Shown here: in pieces, positions 20,741 to 30,809 of the stretch
Layout of the letters: every line of letters starts with the position of its first letter
Position numbering within the stretch: position 1 is the stretch's first letter
NCBI RefSeq assembly: GCF_028368995.1
Contig: NZ_JAQNDL010000001.1
Location: forward strand, 3,680,001-3,744,000
Origin: Nannocystis bainbridge
GTDB lineage: Bacteria; Myxococcota_A; Polyangia; Nannocystales; Nannocystaceae
DNA: 64,000 bases
Direction: 5' to 3'
The notes under the pieces: model-generated
Seen by the model: the letters and a program-made list of their open reading frames with translations, nothing else
Databases searched by the model: none
Told to the model about the DNA's origin: nothing
Translations under genes and position numbers: made by a program

Positions 20741-20959
20741 CCGTCGACTCGCAGCGAGCCCCACGAAACACGCCGTGACGCGCGCAGCACGAAGCTGCGG
20801 CCCCCACAGGCTCCGAGCAGCCTGCGCTCTGCGAGGCGCCCGCTCTCCCGCTCGATCGCGCGGAGGCGCCTCGCGTCGTCATGATGCTGCGTAGCGTGAG
20901 TCACTGCCAGCGGCACAGGCATCGGCGCGCGTCGCAGCATGTTTCCGCCGGGTTCGAAA

Positions 20960-22303
20960 TCAGGGGCAGCTCACCGCCCCCGGCACCTTCGCCGGGTCGG
21001 CGTACCACTTGCTGTCGCTGCCCTGGTACAGCGGGAACGCCGTCGACATGCCGTACTTGGCGAACAGCGAGGTATACGTCGCGTCCGCCACGCCGAAGCC
21101 GTGCGGGTAGCTGGTGAAGCGCGACAGGTGCCCGGTGATCGTAGCCGTCACCGCCTGCACGTACGGCGTCGACGGCGTGCACGGAGCCTCGCCAGTGTCG
21201 CCACTGCCGGTGTCACCATTCCCGGTCTCGCCGCTGCCCGTGTCATCGCCGCCGGTCTCGCCGCCGGTCTCGCTGCCGGTGTCACCATTCCCGGTCTCAC
21301 CGTCCCCGGTCTCACCGGTCCCGGTCTCGCCGTTCCCGCCGCAGTCGGCGCAGATCCGGCGATTGTGCGTACTGAAGAAATCAGCGAGGTACCACGCGTA
21401 GTTGACGTGCTTCGGCGACACGTACGACTTGTCGGCCCCGGCGCCGCTGCCGGCCGGCCACGCGTGGGCCAGGCCCGTCGCGCGGATCTGCGACACCCGC
21501 GGCCCCTCGGCGTCGGCCCACAAGAGCCCCGTCCCGGCCGGCTGATAGCCCTCGAGGTCGGCCACGCTGAAGCCGCCCGCCGAGGACGCCCCGTACAGCT
21601 GCGCCATCACGGCCGCGTTGAGGTCGGCGTAGCCCTGCGCCACCACGTAGTCGCCGGTCCCCGCCAGCACCGACGTCAGCTGGGTCTGGAGCGCCCCCGC
21701 GTTCGACCCGGCCAGGCTCGTGCACAGCGACTTGGCCGCCTGCTGCGTCGTCGACACCTTGCCGATCTGCGACGAGCTGGTGCCGATCGTCGGGCCGGCG
21801 TCGATCCCCACCCCCGCGAACACGTCGGGCGCCACGCAGCCCATCACCATCGCCATGCCGCCGCCCGAAGACAGCCCGGCCACGTAGACCTGGGCCGGGT
21901 CGACATCGAGCGCCGCGTCGGCCTTGAGGTTGGCCGCCAGTTGCAGCAGCGCCCCCGCGTGGCCCTGCGTGCGCGAGTGATTGCCGCCGAAGTAATCCCA
22001 ACAGCCCAGCAGCACCCCGCCGTTCGGCGCGCTCGGGACCGCCACCACCATCCCGTACGCCTCGGCCGCGCTGGCCCAGTTGCCGAGGTCGCGGAACACC
22101 GTCGCCGACTGTGAGCACCCGTGCAGCGCGATCAGCAGGCCGCGGCCCTCGCCGACCACCCCCGCGGTCGCCGGCGTGTACACGTGGGTCGTCATCCCGG
22201 CGACGCTGCGCGAGGTCCATACCCCATTCGCGGCCGCGGGCGTCGGGCCCGCGAGCATACCGACGATAAGGGCGGTGACGAAGATCGGTGCGAATCGCTG
22301 CAT
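20960..22303 (-). CDS. Extracellular PHB depolymerase family esterase
   Basis: Signal peptide; LHGCSQSA oxyanion motif; GCWDYF; GLSSGG lipase box; HAWPAG; Gly/Thr linker and small C-terminal domain. Confidence 0.88.
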   Translation of the reverse strand: MQRFAPIFVTALIVGMLAGPTPAAANGVWTSRSVAGMTTHVYTPATAGVVGEGRGLLIALHGCSQSATVFRDLGNWASAAEAYGMVVAVPSAPNGGVLLGCWDYFGGNHSRTQGHAGALLQLAANLKADAALDVDPAQVYVAGLSSGGGMAMVMGCVAPDVFAGVGIDAGPTIGTSSSQIGKVSTTQQAAKSLCTSLAGSNAGALQTQLTSVLAGTGDYVVAQGYADLNAAVMAQLYGASSAGGFSVADLEGYQPAGTGLLWADAEGPRVSQIRATGLAHAWPAGSGAGADKSYVSPKHVNYAWYLADFFSTHNRRICADCGGNGETGTGETGDGETGNGDTGSETGGETGGDDTGSGETGNGDTGSGDTGEAPCTPSTPYVQAVTATITGHLSRFTSYPHGFGVADATYTSLFAKYGMSTAFPLYQGSDSKWYADPAKVPGAVSCP

Positions 22304-22325
22304 GGTCGTGTCCTTCGCTGTGGCG

Positions 22326-23114
22326 TTATTGTGCGGTCCAGGCCCCGTCCATCGTCCAGGCGACGCCGCGGACCTGCGCGGCCGCGTCGCTGCTGAGGAA
22401 GCAGACCAGCTCGGCGAGCTGTTCGGGGGTCACGAATTGGCCGGAGGGCTGCTTCTCGGCCAGCAGCGCGTCACGGGCGTCGTCGAAGGCCAGGCCGCCG
22501 GAGACCGCCCGCGCCTCGACCTGCGCCTGCACCAGCGGCGTCAGCACCCAGCCGGGGCACACCGCGTTGCAGGTGATGTTGGTGCGCGCCGTCTCGAGCG
22601 CCACCACCTTCGTCAACCCGACCAGCCCGTGCTTGGCCGCCACGTACGCCGCCTTGTACGCCGACGCCACCAGCCCGTGCACCGACGCCACGTTGACGAT
22701 CCGGCCCCAGCCCGCGCGGCGCATCCGCGGCAGCGCCAGCCGCGTGGTGTGGAACGCCGAGCTGAGGTTGATCGCCAGCACCGCGTCCCACCGCTCCGGC
22801 GCGAATTCCTCGACCGGCGCCACGTGCTGGATCCCCGCGTTGTTGACGAGGATGTCGACCCCGCCGAACACATCGTCCGCGTAGCGCATCATCGCCTCGA
22901 CGTCGGCCGGCTGCGACACGTCGGCGGCGTGATGGGCCACCCGTCCGCCCACCGGCGCCGCCGCGTCGCGCACCACCGCGAGCGCCGCCTCGATGTCGCC
23001 GAAGCCGTTCAGCAGCACATTGGCGCCCCGCGCCGCCAGGGCCGCGGCGATGCCGAGGCCGATCCCGCTGGTCGAACCGGTGACGAGCGCCGTCTTGCCT
23101 GCGAACTGCGTCAT
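22326..23114 (-). CDS. bdhA: D-3-hydroxybutyrate dehydrogenase
   Basis: TGSTSGIG; NNAGIQHVAPVEEF; SVHGLVAS; YVAAKHG; CPGWVLTPLV; EKQPS; DGAWTAQ. Confidence 0.94.
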   Translation of the reverse strand: MTQFAGKTALVTGSTSGIGLGIAAALAARGANVLLNGFGDIEAALAVVRDAAAPVGGRVAHHAADVSQPADVEAMMRYADDVFGGVDILVNNAGIQHVAPVEEFAPERWDAVLAINLSSAFHTTRLALPRMRRAGWGRIVNVASVHGLVASAYKAAYVAAKHGLVGLTKVVALETARTNITCNAVCPGWVLTPLVQAQVEARAVSGGLAFDDARDALLAEKQPSGQFVTPEQLAELVCFLSSDAAAQVRGVAWTMDGAWTAQ

Positions 23115-24364
23115 GATCGCTGCCCTCCTGCGAATGCCGGGTCGTGCGCGCGGATGAATGCGCGGACCGCCGGGTAGATCGAGTTGCGCCAGCGCGCGCC
23201 AGAGAAGATCCCGTAGTGGCCAGCGCCCTCGGCCGTGAGCCGCTGCCTGGCGGCCTCGGGCACCCCGCGGCACAGCTCCTGCGCGGCATGGGTCTGGCCG
23301 GCGCCGGTGATGTCGTCCTCCGCGCCCTCGACGGTGAGCACCGCGGTGTCACGAATGTCGCCCGGGCGCACCCGCTCGCCGGCGACCTTCCAGGTGCCGC
23401 GGGCCAGGGCGTGCTCCTGAAACACCAGCCGCACCGTCTCGAGGTAATAGAGCGCGTCCATGTCGAGGACGGCGTTGTATTCGTCGTAGAAGCGCTCGTG
23501 CGCCGCCGCCTGCTCGTCGCGCCCGCGCACGCGGTCGAACCAGTAATCGCGGTAAGCCGCGAAGTGCCGGCGCGGGTTCATCGACACGAACGCGGCCAGC
23601 TGCAAAAACCCCGGGTACACCCGCCGGCCCTCGCCGGGGAAGCCGGCGGGCACGCGGTGCACGAGGTTCTTCTCGAACCACACCAGCGGCCGCTCGGTCG
23701 CCAGGCGATTGACCTGCGTGGGGTTGATGCGCCCGTCGATCGGTCCGCCCATCAAGGTCAGCGAGGCCGCGGTCTCCTCGCCCGCCGAGGCCATGCGGGC
23801 CACCGCGGCCAGGGCCGGGACGGCCGGCTGACAGACGGCGACGACATGGGTGCGCGCCGGGCCGAGCGCGCGCAAGAACCGCTCGAGGTGCAGCACGTAG
23901 TCGTCGAGCCCGAAGAAGCCGGCCGACAGCGGGACCTCGCGCGCGTCCGACCAGTCGGTGACGTAGACGTCGTGATCGGCCGACAGCGAGCGCACGGTGT
24001 CGCGCAGCAGGGTGGCGAAGTGCCCCGACAGCGGGGCGCACAGCAAGACGCGCGGATCGGCGTCGAGGCGCGCGGCCAGCTGAGGATCGTCGGCGTGGCG
24101 AGCGAAGCGTACGAGGCGACACCACGGGGTGTGGGCGACGACCTCCTCGCGGATGCGGACGGGCTGACCGTCGACCTCGACGCTGTCGATGCCGAAGGCG
24201 GGCCGCGGGTGATCCTTGATGATGCGCCGCAGCAATTCCCACCCGGCGGCGGCGGGCCGCCCGAGACCCCCGGGGGCCATGCGCAAGAGCTCCGCGTTGA
24301 CCCGGGAGAGGCCGGCGATCGGTCGCAGCCAGCGGCGCTGCAGGTGGTGGAGCTCGTAGAGCAT
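23111..24364 (-). CDS. phaZ: Intracellular-type polyhydroxyalkanoate depolymerase (no lipase box, Cys nucleophile)
   Basis: APLSGHFATLLRDTV; VYVTDW; AVCQP; MGGPID; VYPGFLQL; TVEGAEDDITG; GHYGIFSG. Confidence 0.93.
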   Translation of the reverse strand: MLYELHHLQRRWLRPIAGLSRVNAELLRMAPGGLGRPAAAGWELLRRIIKDHPRPAFGIDSVEVDGQPVRIREEVVAHTPWCRLVRFARHADDPQLAARLDADPRVLLCAPLSGHFATLLRDTVRSLSADHDVYVTDWSDAREVPLSAGFFGLDDYVLHLERFLRALGPARTHVVAVCQPAVPALAAVARMASAGEETAASLTLMGGPIDGRINPTQVNRLATERPLVWFEKNLVHRVPAGFPGEGRRVYPGFLQLAAFVSMNPRRHFAAYRDYWFDRVRGRDEQAAAHERFYDEYNAVLDMDALYYLETVRLVFQEHALARGTWKVAGERVRPGDIRDTAVLTVEGAEDDITGAGQTHAAQELCRGVPEAARQRLTAEGAGHYGIFSGARWRNSIYPAVRAFIRAHDPAFAGGQRS

Positions 24365-25144
24365 GCTGGGCGGCAGCATGCCCCGGACTTTGCTGCGCTG
24401 CAACATAGATTCCTTTAAATGGGCGGATTCCTGAGGCTGTCGAGCGGGGGGCATGTTGCGGCGCAGCAAATACTTCTGCGTGTGCAGGCGGGGCGCGGGC
24501 TCGAGCTTTCGAGGGCCCGGTACTCCTGCCGAGGAGTGCTCGAGCTGCCGAGGGGCTCGGTGCTCGAGCTGCCGAGGGGCCCGGTGTTCCTGCTTCGCGA
24601 ATTGCCGACAGCGCCTCGCGGGGGTCCGGGGAAGGGTCGCCCGCCTCGGCGCGGGCTCTACAGACGTGTCCCGAGGATCCGCGGGCGAGGTAAGCGTGCA
24701 GGCCAAAGCTTGGCAGCGAGGAGAATGGTGTGAGCATGGGTCACTCCGGACTGGCCCGGACACGAGCCATGGGATGAAGCTAAACGAGATGGATCCGCGG
24801 TGCCAGGATTTAAATGCATGCAACCGTGCTTGGGGCGCACCTGTTGTTATTGGTGATGCCCAACGATATTTGGTGAGAAAGCACGAATCGTCGGAGCTGG
24901 CGCGGCGCATGCGATTCGATACTCTGGTGCCGTGGCCAGGGCGACTCACATGTCCGAGACGGTGATGCCGAGGGGCGGCGGAGGAAGAACCGACTGCGCC
25001 CGGGCAGCGCCGCGTCTATCTCGGGGCGAGGCGAAGAGGTTGCCGCTGGATGCGGGCTGCACGGATGCGGCCGTCGTGGGCCCTCCCCCTGTCGTGGATT
25101 TGGTAGTCCACGAGAGAAGGACGGCACGACCGACGAGTCGCCGC

Positions 25145-26641
25145 TTACTCTGCTGGCGCCGGCTCGGCGGTCTCTTCGCCCTCTTGCCCGGGCTCGATCA
25201 CCCCGAGCGGCAGTCGGCGGTCTTCGACCGGGTCGGTGCCCCGGCGCACGCGCACCAGCGTGCCCGGGTCGCCGGCGTGCTCGAGCAGCGAGTTCCAGCC
25301 GGGGGGCACGTTCGGCGAGGTGGCCGCGTAGACGCGGGCGGCGTCCTTCGGCGACAGGTTGATGCAGCCGTGGCTGCGGCGCTTGCCGAAATCGTCGTGC
25401 CAGTACGAGGCGTGCAGGGCGTAGCGCCGGTGGAAATACTGCACCCACGGCACGCCCTCGACGAAGTACGGGTCCTCGGCGTTGGGGCCGCTGCGCATGG
25501 TGGCGACGGCCAGCTTCTCGTAGATGCGGAACAGGCCCGGCGGGGTGCCGGTGCCGCCGGCGCCGCTCGAGATCAGGGTGACGAACTCGGGCGATTGGCC
25601 GCGCATCACGGCCAATGTCTGCTGCCCGAGCTCGACGTCGATCCACACCTCGTCCGCGCGCGCCTCGGCCAGCGTGGGGCCGGGGATCCAATAGTTCATG
25701 TCAGCAGCGACGACGTAGGCATCGTTGCCCGGGCCCGCGCCGTCCGGCACGGCGTACCACGATTCCTCGCCGACGACGATCGGCGTCGGGTCGACGGCCA
25801 GCGATGCGTGGTACTCGACGGTGCCGACCTGCTTCGCGTTCGTGGCCGGAGCGTCGCGCAGCACCGCGGGGTGGCCGACGGCCCATGCGGGCCGGAGTCC
25901 GGACGCGACCGGCTCACGCGCGAGCTCGCGGCCGGCGAACAGGCTCGGCGCGGCGATCTTCATGTCGCGGGCCGGGGTGGCGCGCTCATCGGCGTCGATG
26001 AGCATCAGGCCGGCGCGCCGGGTCTTGGTGCGGAGGAAGGTGTACTGCCGATCGGGCTCGAGCCAGTCGATCGGCGGGTCGTTGCGGACCAGCGCGTAGC
26101 GGTCGAGGTAGCGCGGGACCCTGGCGATCGCGCCGGTCTTGCGGTCGAGGATCTTCGGCCGGGCGTAGATGAACGGCAACATCTGCTCCGCCGCGAGCTC
26201 CGGCTGGATCTGCGCCGGACCCTTGCTGGTACCCGCGTGCTCGAGGCACACGAAGCCGCCCTGCTCGACCCGCGCCCAGCCCTCGCCCTCGCAGCCCGGC
26301 CCGGGTTCGACGCCGAAGATGGCGAACGGCCGCCGCGGCTCGGTCCGCCCGCGACGCCCGCCGCGGCGGTTCGGCGCGGCGTAGACGAGCGCGCCCGAGC
26401 GCACGACCCGGTGACCGACCGGCGTGGCGGTCTCGACCGATCTCTCGCTCGGCGTCGGCCCGGCCACCGCCGGCTCCTCGACGGGGTCCGGCGATGCCTC
26501 GTCGCTCGCCGCCGGCTCGCTCTCCGACACCTCCGCCAGCCCAGCCGGCGGCGCCGAACAGGCCGCGAGCACGGCGCTCACGAGCGCGAAGCAGAAACCA
26601 GAGCGAAGGGGCGCCGGAACATCTCGCGGCGAGCGCGGCAT
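25145..26641 (-). CDS. L,D-transpeptidase (YkuD) lipoprotein
   Basis: Lipobox VLAAC; TPPGLFRI; ALHASYWHDDFGKRRSHGCINL. Confidence 0.92.
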   Translation of the reverse strand: MPRSPRDVPAPLRSGFCFALVSAVLAACSAPPAGLAEVSESEPAASDEASPDPVEEPAVAGPTPSERSVETATPVGHRVVRSGALVYAAPNRRGGRRGRTEPRRPFAIFGVEPGPGCEGEGWARVEQGGFVCLEHAGTSKGPAQIQPELAAEQMLPFIYARPKILDRKTGAIARVPRYLDRYALVRNDPPIDWLEPDRQYTFLRTKTRRAGLMLIDADERATPARDMKIAAPSLFAGRELAREPVASGLRPAWAVGHPAVLRDAPATNAKQVGTVEYHASLAVDPTPIVVGEESWYAVPDGAGPGNDAYVVAADMNYWIPGPTLAEARADEVWIDVELGQQTLAVMRGQSPEFVTLISSGAGGTGTPPGLFRIYEKLAVATMRSGPNAEDPYFVEGVPWVQYFHRRYALHASYWHDDFGKRRSHGCINLSPKDAARVYAATSPNVPPGWNSLLEHAGDPGTLVRVRRGTDPVEDRRLPLGVIEPGQEGEETAEPAPAE

Positions 26642-27076
26642 ACGACCGCATTGTCCTCCTGCGCGAGGGTGCGGGCAAATAACGAGCGCGCCGCCTCTAA
26701 CCGGGTCTGCCCGCCGCGTGCGAGTCCGCCGATGCCCACCTCCGAGACTGCGGCGCCTCGTCCGCGGTCCGACCTCCGCCCCGCGGGTCCACCGATGTCG
26801 GTCGGCGGAACTTGCGCCACTCGCGTTTTCGCGCCGTGGCTTTCAGGCCAGGCCGCATTCTCGACTCTGGGGAGTGCCATGATTTGGCGAGTGCCAGGAT
26901 TGGCGCGGTACGCCGAGAATGATGTTACTCGACGTACTCCGTTCGACAGCCGCAACCATCGCCATGCGGGTGTCGAGGGTCGGCGTTCGCTGCGAGATCG
27001 AAGTCGCGAGTTCGTGGAGCATCCAGGCGCCGATCATCCGCACAGCTCCCGATCGTGCGCCCACGCAGCTCGCCGA

Positions 27077-27589
27077 TCACCCGGGCTCGCGGATCCACGC
27101 TCGTACGGCCGCGTCGTAAGCAGCCTGCTTCTGCTCGAGCAGCGCCAGCGCGTCCGCGAGGCTGTCGCGGCACTGCTCCTGATAGGCCTCCGCGTTCAGG
27201 CTCATCAGCGCGGCGCGGCAGGCGTCGCCGACGACGATCGCCACGGGCGAGTGGATCCTGGCGCCGGCGTGCCAGCGCCCCAGCCCGAAGATCCACTCCA
27301 TCTCGTCGCCCCACGAGTACGACAGCTCGCGCAGGTCGACGACGAGGCCGCTCGCGCTCCAGGCGGCGAGCGCCATCTTCACGACGGCCGTGATGTAGAG
27401 GGCGTCCGGCTGCCCCTGCGAGCCAGAGCGGTAGGCCCCGCGGAACCGGACGATCACGAACTCCCGGCCCGAGCGCGCCCCGTCGTCGGGCACGAGGACC
27501 TCGCTCTCGAGCGCGCTCAGGTCGGTGAGCCGGACCTCTCGCAGCGCCAAGCCGTCCAGCACGACGGACCTCATCGGCTCGCTCCGCAT
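27077..27589 (-). CDS. Hypothetical protein
   Basis: GC3-biased ORF; VVDLRELSYSWGD segment is loosely STAS-like. Confidence 0.6.
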   Translation of the reverse strand: MRSEPMRSVVLDGLALREVRLTDLSALESEVLVPDDGARSGREFVIVRFRGAYRSGSQGQPDALYITAVVKMALAAWSASGLVVDLRELSYSWGDEMEWIFGLGRWHAGARIHSPVAIVVGDACRAALMSLNAEAYQEQCRDSLADALALLEQKQAAYDAAVRAWIREPG

Positions 27590-27594
27590 GATGC

Positions 27595-27622
27595 TGTCCC
27601 CCAGGACATGTCCGGAGAGACC
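27595..27622. repeat. Two 14-bp palindrome units directly upstream of the 27589 start
   Basis: tgtcccccaggaca|tgtccggagagacc. Confidence 0.6.
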
Positions 27623-27914
27623 GGGGCCGGGGGTGCCTCACTCACGAAGACCTGCGATCGCACGCGCTTCACGGGTCACCGACAGTGCCAAACGGAGCCA
27701 CACGCCGCAAGGCGATCGAGCCGGCGACCCGCTCGACCCTCGTCGCCCTCGGCGGTCCGCAGCGCTCGCAGATCCTTCGCGCCGCGAGGGCGCTGCGCGA
27801 GCCCCTGCCCCACGGGGGTCCAACCCGGCCATGAACGGTGTTCTGGACCCGATCACGAGCCCTCCCACGGACTGGCGTCGGGCGGTCCTTTCGGCTACGG
27901 TCCCGCTCGCCGGC

Positions 27915-29189
27915 ATGTCGTCTCTCTGCTGCGTCTCCCTGATGGTATGGCTGCTCGGGGCGCCAGCGGGCCCCACGACGACGAACGCGGGCGCGCTGGC
28001 CCAACCGGCCAACCCCAAGGCCGAGCGGACCGCGCGGGCCGCCAAGTTCTTCGAGGGCGGGCGCTACGTCGAGGCCGCGCTCGAGTTCGAGGCGCTGCGG
28101 CGCGATTTCCCCGACGACCCGTCGATCCTCTTCAACGCCGCCGCCAGCCGCGACTCTGCCGGTCACTTCGCGCACGCGGTCGCCTACGTGCGCGAGTACC
28201 TGACGCGCAAGGACATCGGGCCCGACGATCGCAAGCAGGGCGAGGAGCAGCTCGAGGAGTCGGCGCGCAAGGTGACGCCGGTGGCGGTGACGATCACGCT
28301 GCCGCTCGAGGGCCCGCAGACCGTGACCGTGCTCGCGCGCCACGTGGCCGACAGCCCGGCGGACCTGCGGCCCGATCTGTCGTTCGCGCTGAAGAGCCCG
28401 CGACAGCCGCTGAAGCTCGAGCTCGACCCGGGCACGTGGATCGTGCGGGTGGAGGGCGCGGCGTACGAGCCGGTGGAGCAGCAGGTGACGGTCGGCTCGG
28501 CTCCGCTGGCGATCTCGCTGCGACCCCAGCTGACGCCGCTGACGCCACCGGTGGATCGCGAGCCGCCGCCGCAGACAGGCGTGGTGCCGCTCGAGGTCGT
28601 CAAGACGACGACGCGCGGCCTCTTCATCAGCGGCGGCGCGGCGGCTATTGCCGGGCTCGGGTTCATCGGCGGCGGCGTGGGGATGATCCACGGCCAGCGC
28701 GTCAAGTCGTGCGAGGATCCGACGCTCGCGGATTGCCGGCGCCGGTTCGCCAGCGGGTTCGTGTTCCGCAACCTCGGCTCGACGTTCCTCGGCGCGGGGG
28801 CGGGCTTGGCCGTCAGCGCGCTGGTGTGGCGCGCCGACGACCCGCGCAAGCGCATGATCGCGTGGAGCGCCCTGGCGGCGGTCGGCGGCGTAGGCCTGAT
28901 CCTCGGCGAGGTGCTGCTGGTGCGCGGCACGATCCCGTTCAGCCGCGACAACGCGAGCCCGCAGGGCACCCTCGACGGCTGGCCCGAGCACTGGAGCGAG
29001 CATCGCCACTCGGGGCTGCCCGCCCTGGCCGCGACGGTGCGCGGGCTCGGCGTCGGCCTGCTTGCGGGCGCGATCACGGGGCTCGTCGTCCAGCGCAAGC
29101 ACCTCGGCCCCGGCGGCGCGCGGGCGATCCGCGTCGCACCGAGCGCAGGCCCGGGCCAGACCGGCCTCGTGCTGTCCGGGAAGTTTTAA
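27915..29189 (+). CDS. Secreted/membrane TPR protein with PEGA-like domain and hydrophobic C-terminus
   Basis: Signal peptide; FEGGRYVEAALEFE..SILFNAA TPR; LELDPGTWIVRVEGAAY; ends GLVLSGKF. Confidence 0.75.
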   Translation: MSSLCCVSLMVWLLGAPAGPTTTNAGALAQPANPKAERTARAAKFFEGGRYVEAALEFEALRRDFPDDPSILFNAAASRDSAGHFAHAVAYVREYLTRKDIGPDDRKQGEEQLEESARKVTPVAVTITLPLEGPQTVTVLARHVADSPADLRPDLSFALKSPRQPLKLELDPGTWIVRVEGAAYEPVEQQVTVGSAPLAISLRPQLTPLTPPVDREPPPQTGVVPLEVVKTTTRGLFISGGAAAIAGLGFIGGGVGMIHGQRVKSCEDPTLADCRRRFASGFVFRNLGSTFLGAGAGLAVSALVWRADDPRKRMIAWSALAAVGGVGLILGEVLLVRGTIPFSRDNASPQGTLDGWPEHWSEHRHSGLPALAATVRGLGVGLLAGAITGLVVQRKHLGPGGARAIRVAPSAGPGQTGLVLSGKF

Positions 29190-29318
29190 ATCATCATCGC
29201 AGCCGCAGGCCCGTCCGAGCCCGCGTCGCTGTGGGCCCGATTAGAGCGACTCGGTGCGGCGATTCCGTCTGCGGCCTCTCGGCGCCCATCACTTTCAATC
29301 GCGTCTCGCGCATGCGAG

Positions 29319-29668
29319 ACGAAGCATCGTCACGGCTGCCGGACCGCGCGGCAGCGCGGCGATTCGCCGGGGTGCACGCTCTTGCATACGAAGCATCGTC
29401 ACGGCTGCCGGGCAGCGCGGCAGCGCCGCGATTCGCCGGGGCGCACGCTCTTGCCCACGAAGCATCGTCACGGCTGCCGGACCGCCCGGCAGCGCCGCGA
29501 TTCGCCGGGGCGCAGGCTCTTGCCTACGAAGCGTCGTCACGGCTGCAGGACCGCACGGCAGCGCGGCGATTCGCCGGGGCGCAGGCTCTTGCCTACGAAG
29601 CGTCGTCACGGCTGCAGGACCGCGCGGCAGCGCGGCGATTCGCCGGGGTGCAGGCTCTTGCATACGAA
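29319..29668. repeat. 69-bp tandem repeat, 5 copies; the last copy is the 3' end of the TlpA gene
   Basis: acgaagc(a/g)tcgtcacggctgc at 29319, 29388, 29457, 29526, 29595. Confidence 0.95.
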
Positions 29669-30808
29669 TCGATCGGCGCACGGACAATCCTGGCAGCAGT
29701 TGCCGCGGCTCTCGTGCGGATCGCAGATGCCATTGCCGCACATCGGCGAGGCGGCGGGCTCGCGCACCTGCAGCTCGGGGATCTTTTGCAAGCGCGAACA
29801 CTTGCCGTTGAGCAGCCGGGTCTTCGGCGGGCACGTCAGCGGCACCGCCTCTTGCAGCGGCGGGGCGACGACCGTGGCGGGCTCGGGCTCGCCGACTTCG
29901 CCGGACCCGGCCGGGTCGCCGCCGCGGCGACGCAGCGGCCCACAATCCTCGAAGCTGTGATGCGCCGCGGTGCGCTCGATCGGCTCGCAGCGGCCGTTTC
30001 CTGGCCACTCCTGGCTGCACCACGCGCCCGGCCGCGTGTCGGCCAGCTCGGCGCGCAGCTGATCGATCAGGGGCCCGAGCGCGGCGAAGTCGGCCTCGCC
30101 GAGCTGCTCGAACTTGGCCCAGCGGACCCGGCGGTTGCAGTCGAGCACCAGGGTCACCGGCAGGTTGCCGCGATAGAGGCCGCCGTCGTCGCCCGCCGCC
30201 AGCGTCGAGGCGAGCGCGTCACTCATCGTGCGATCGGCGAGGCGGACCGGCGCCGGCGGCATGACGCCGGAATAGTCATGATAGGACCGCAGCGGATCGG
30301 TGTGGTCCTTGATCTGGATCGGCACGAAGCGGACATTGTCCCATTCGCGGTGGCGGGCGAACATCGCCTTGAACTCGGGCAGCTCGGCGAGGCACGGGTC
30401 GCACCAGGTGGCCCAGAGGTTGACGACGTGGATCGTCCGCGCGGGCAACACCTGCGATGAGCCGAGGCGCAGCGTCTCGAGCGAGAGCTTGCCCGCCTCG
30501 CCCGGCGGCAGCGCCTCGAGGTTGAGGCGCATCGCCGGGGAGATGTCCATGCCGGAGGCGCCGAGGTAGCCCGATTTCGCCGGGTCCTGCCGCGGCGGCG
30601 GCCCCTGCACCGGCTCGGGGCTCGCCGGCTCGGGCGCAGGCGCGGCGGGCTCGCAGGCCCGCTGCCGCTCGGCCAGGATTCGCACGAATTGCTGGTGCTG
30701 GTCGGCCCGCCGGCCCATCAGCCACACCGTGATGATGAGACCCAGCGCCGTGAAGACGAGGTTGATCGCGGTCCATCCGAGGAACAGCCGGGTGCGGTCG
30801 CGGCTCAC
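29606..30808 (-). CDS. Membrane-anchored TlpA-family thioredoxin with Cys-rich C-terminus
   Basis: N-terminal TM; VVNLWATWCDPCLAELPEF; LPVTLVLD; CGNGICDPHESRGNCCQDC. Confidence 0.88.
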   Translation of the reverse strand: MSRDRTRLFLGWTAINLVFTALGLIITVWLMGRRADQHQQFVRILAERQRACEPAAPAPEPASPEPVQGPPPRQDPAKSGYLGASGMDISPAMRLNLEALPPGEAGKLSLETLRLGSSQVLPARTIHVVNLWATWCDPCLAELPEFKAMFARHREWDNVRFVPIQIKDHTDPLRSYHDYSGVMPPAPVRLADRTMSDALASTLAAGDDGGLYRGNLPVTLVLDCNRRVRWAKFEQLGEADFAALGPLIDQLRAELADTRPGAWCSQEWPGNGRCEPIERTAAHHSFEDCGPLRRRGGDPAGSGEVGEPEPATVVAPPLQEAVPLTCPPKTRLLNGKCSRLQKIPELQVREPAASPMCGNGICDPHESRGNCCQDCPCADRFVCKSLHPGESPRCRAVLQP

Positions 30809-30809
30809 G

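Noticed and set aside
29319-29668. CRISPR array
   Set aside because: Whole 69-bp units are near-identical with no unique spacers; no cas genes.
24932-30460. 1842-aa ORF
   Set aside because: Shadow frame spanning several real genes; Arg/Ala/Pro-rich with no motifs.
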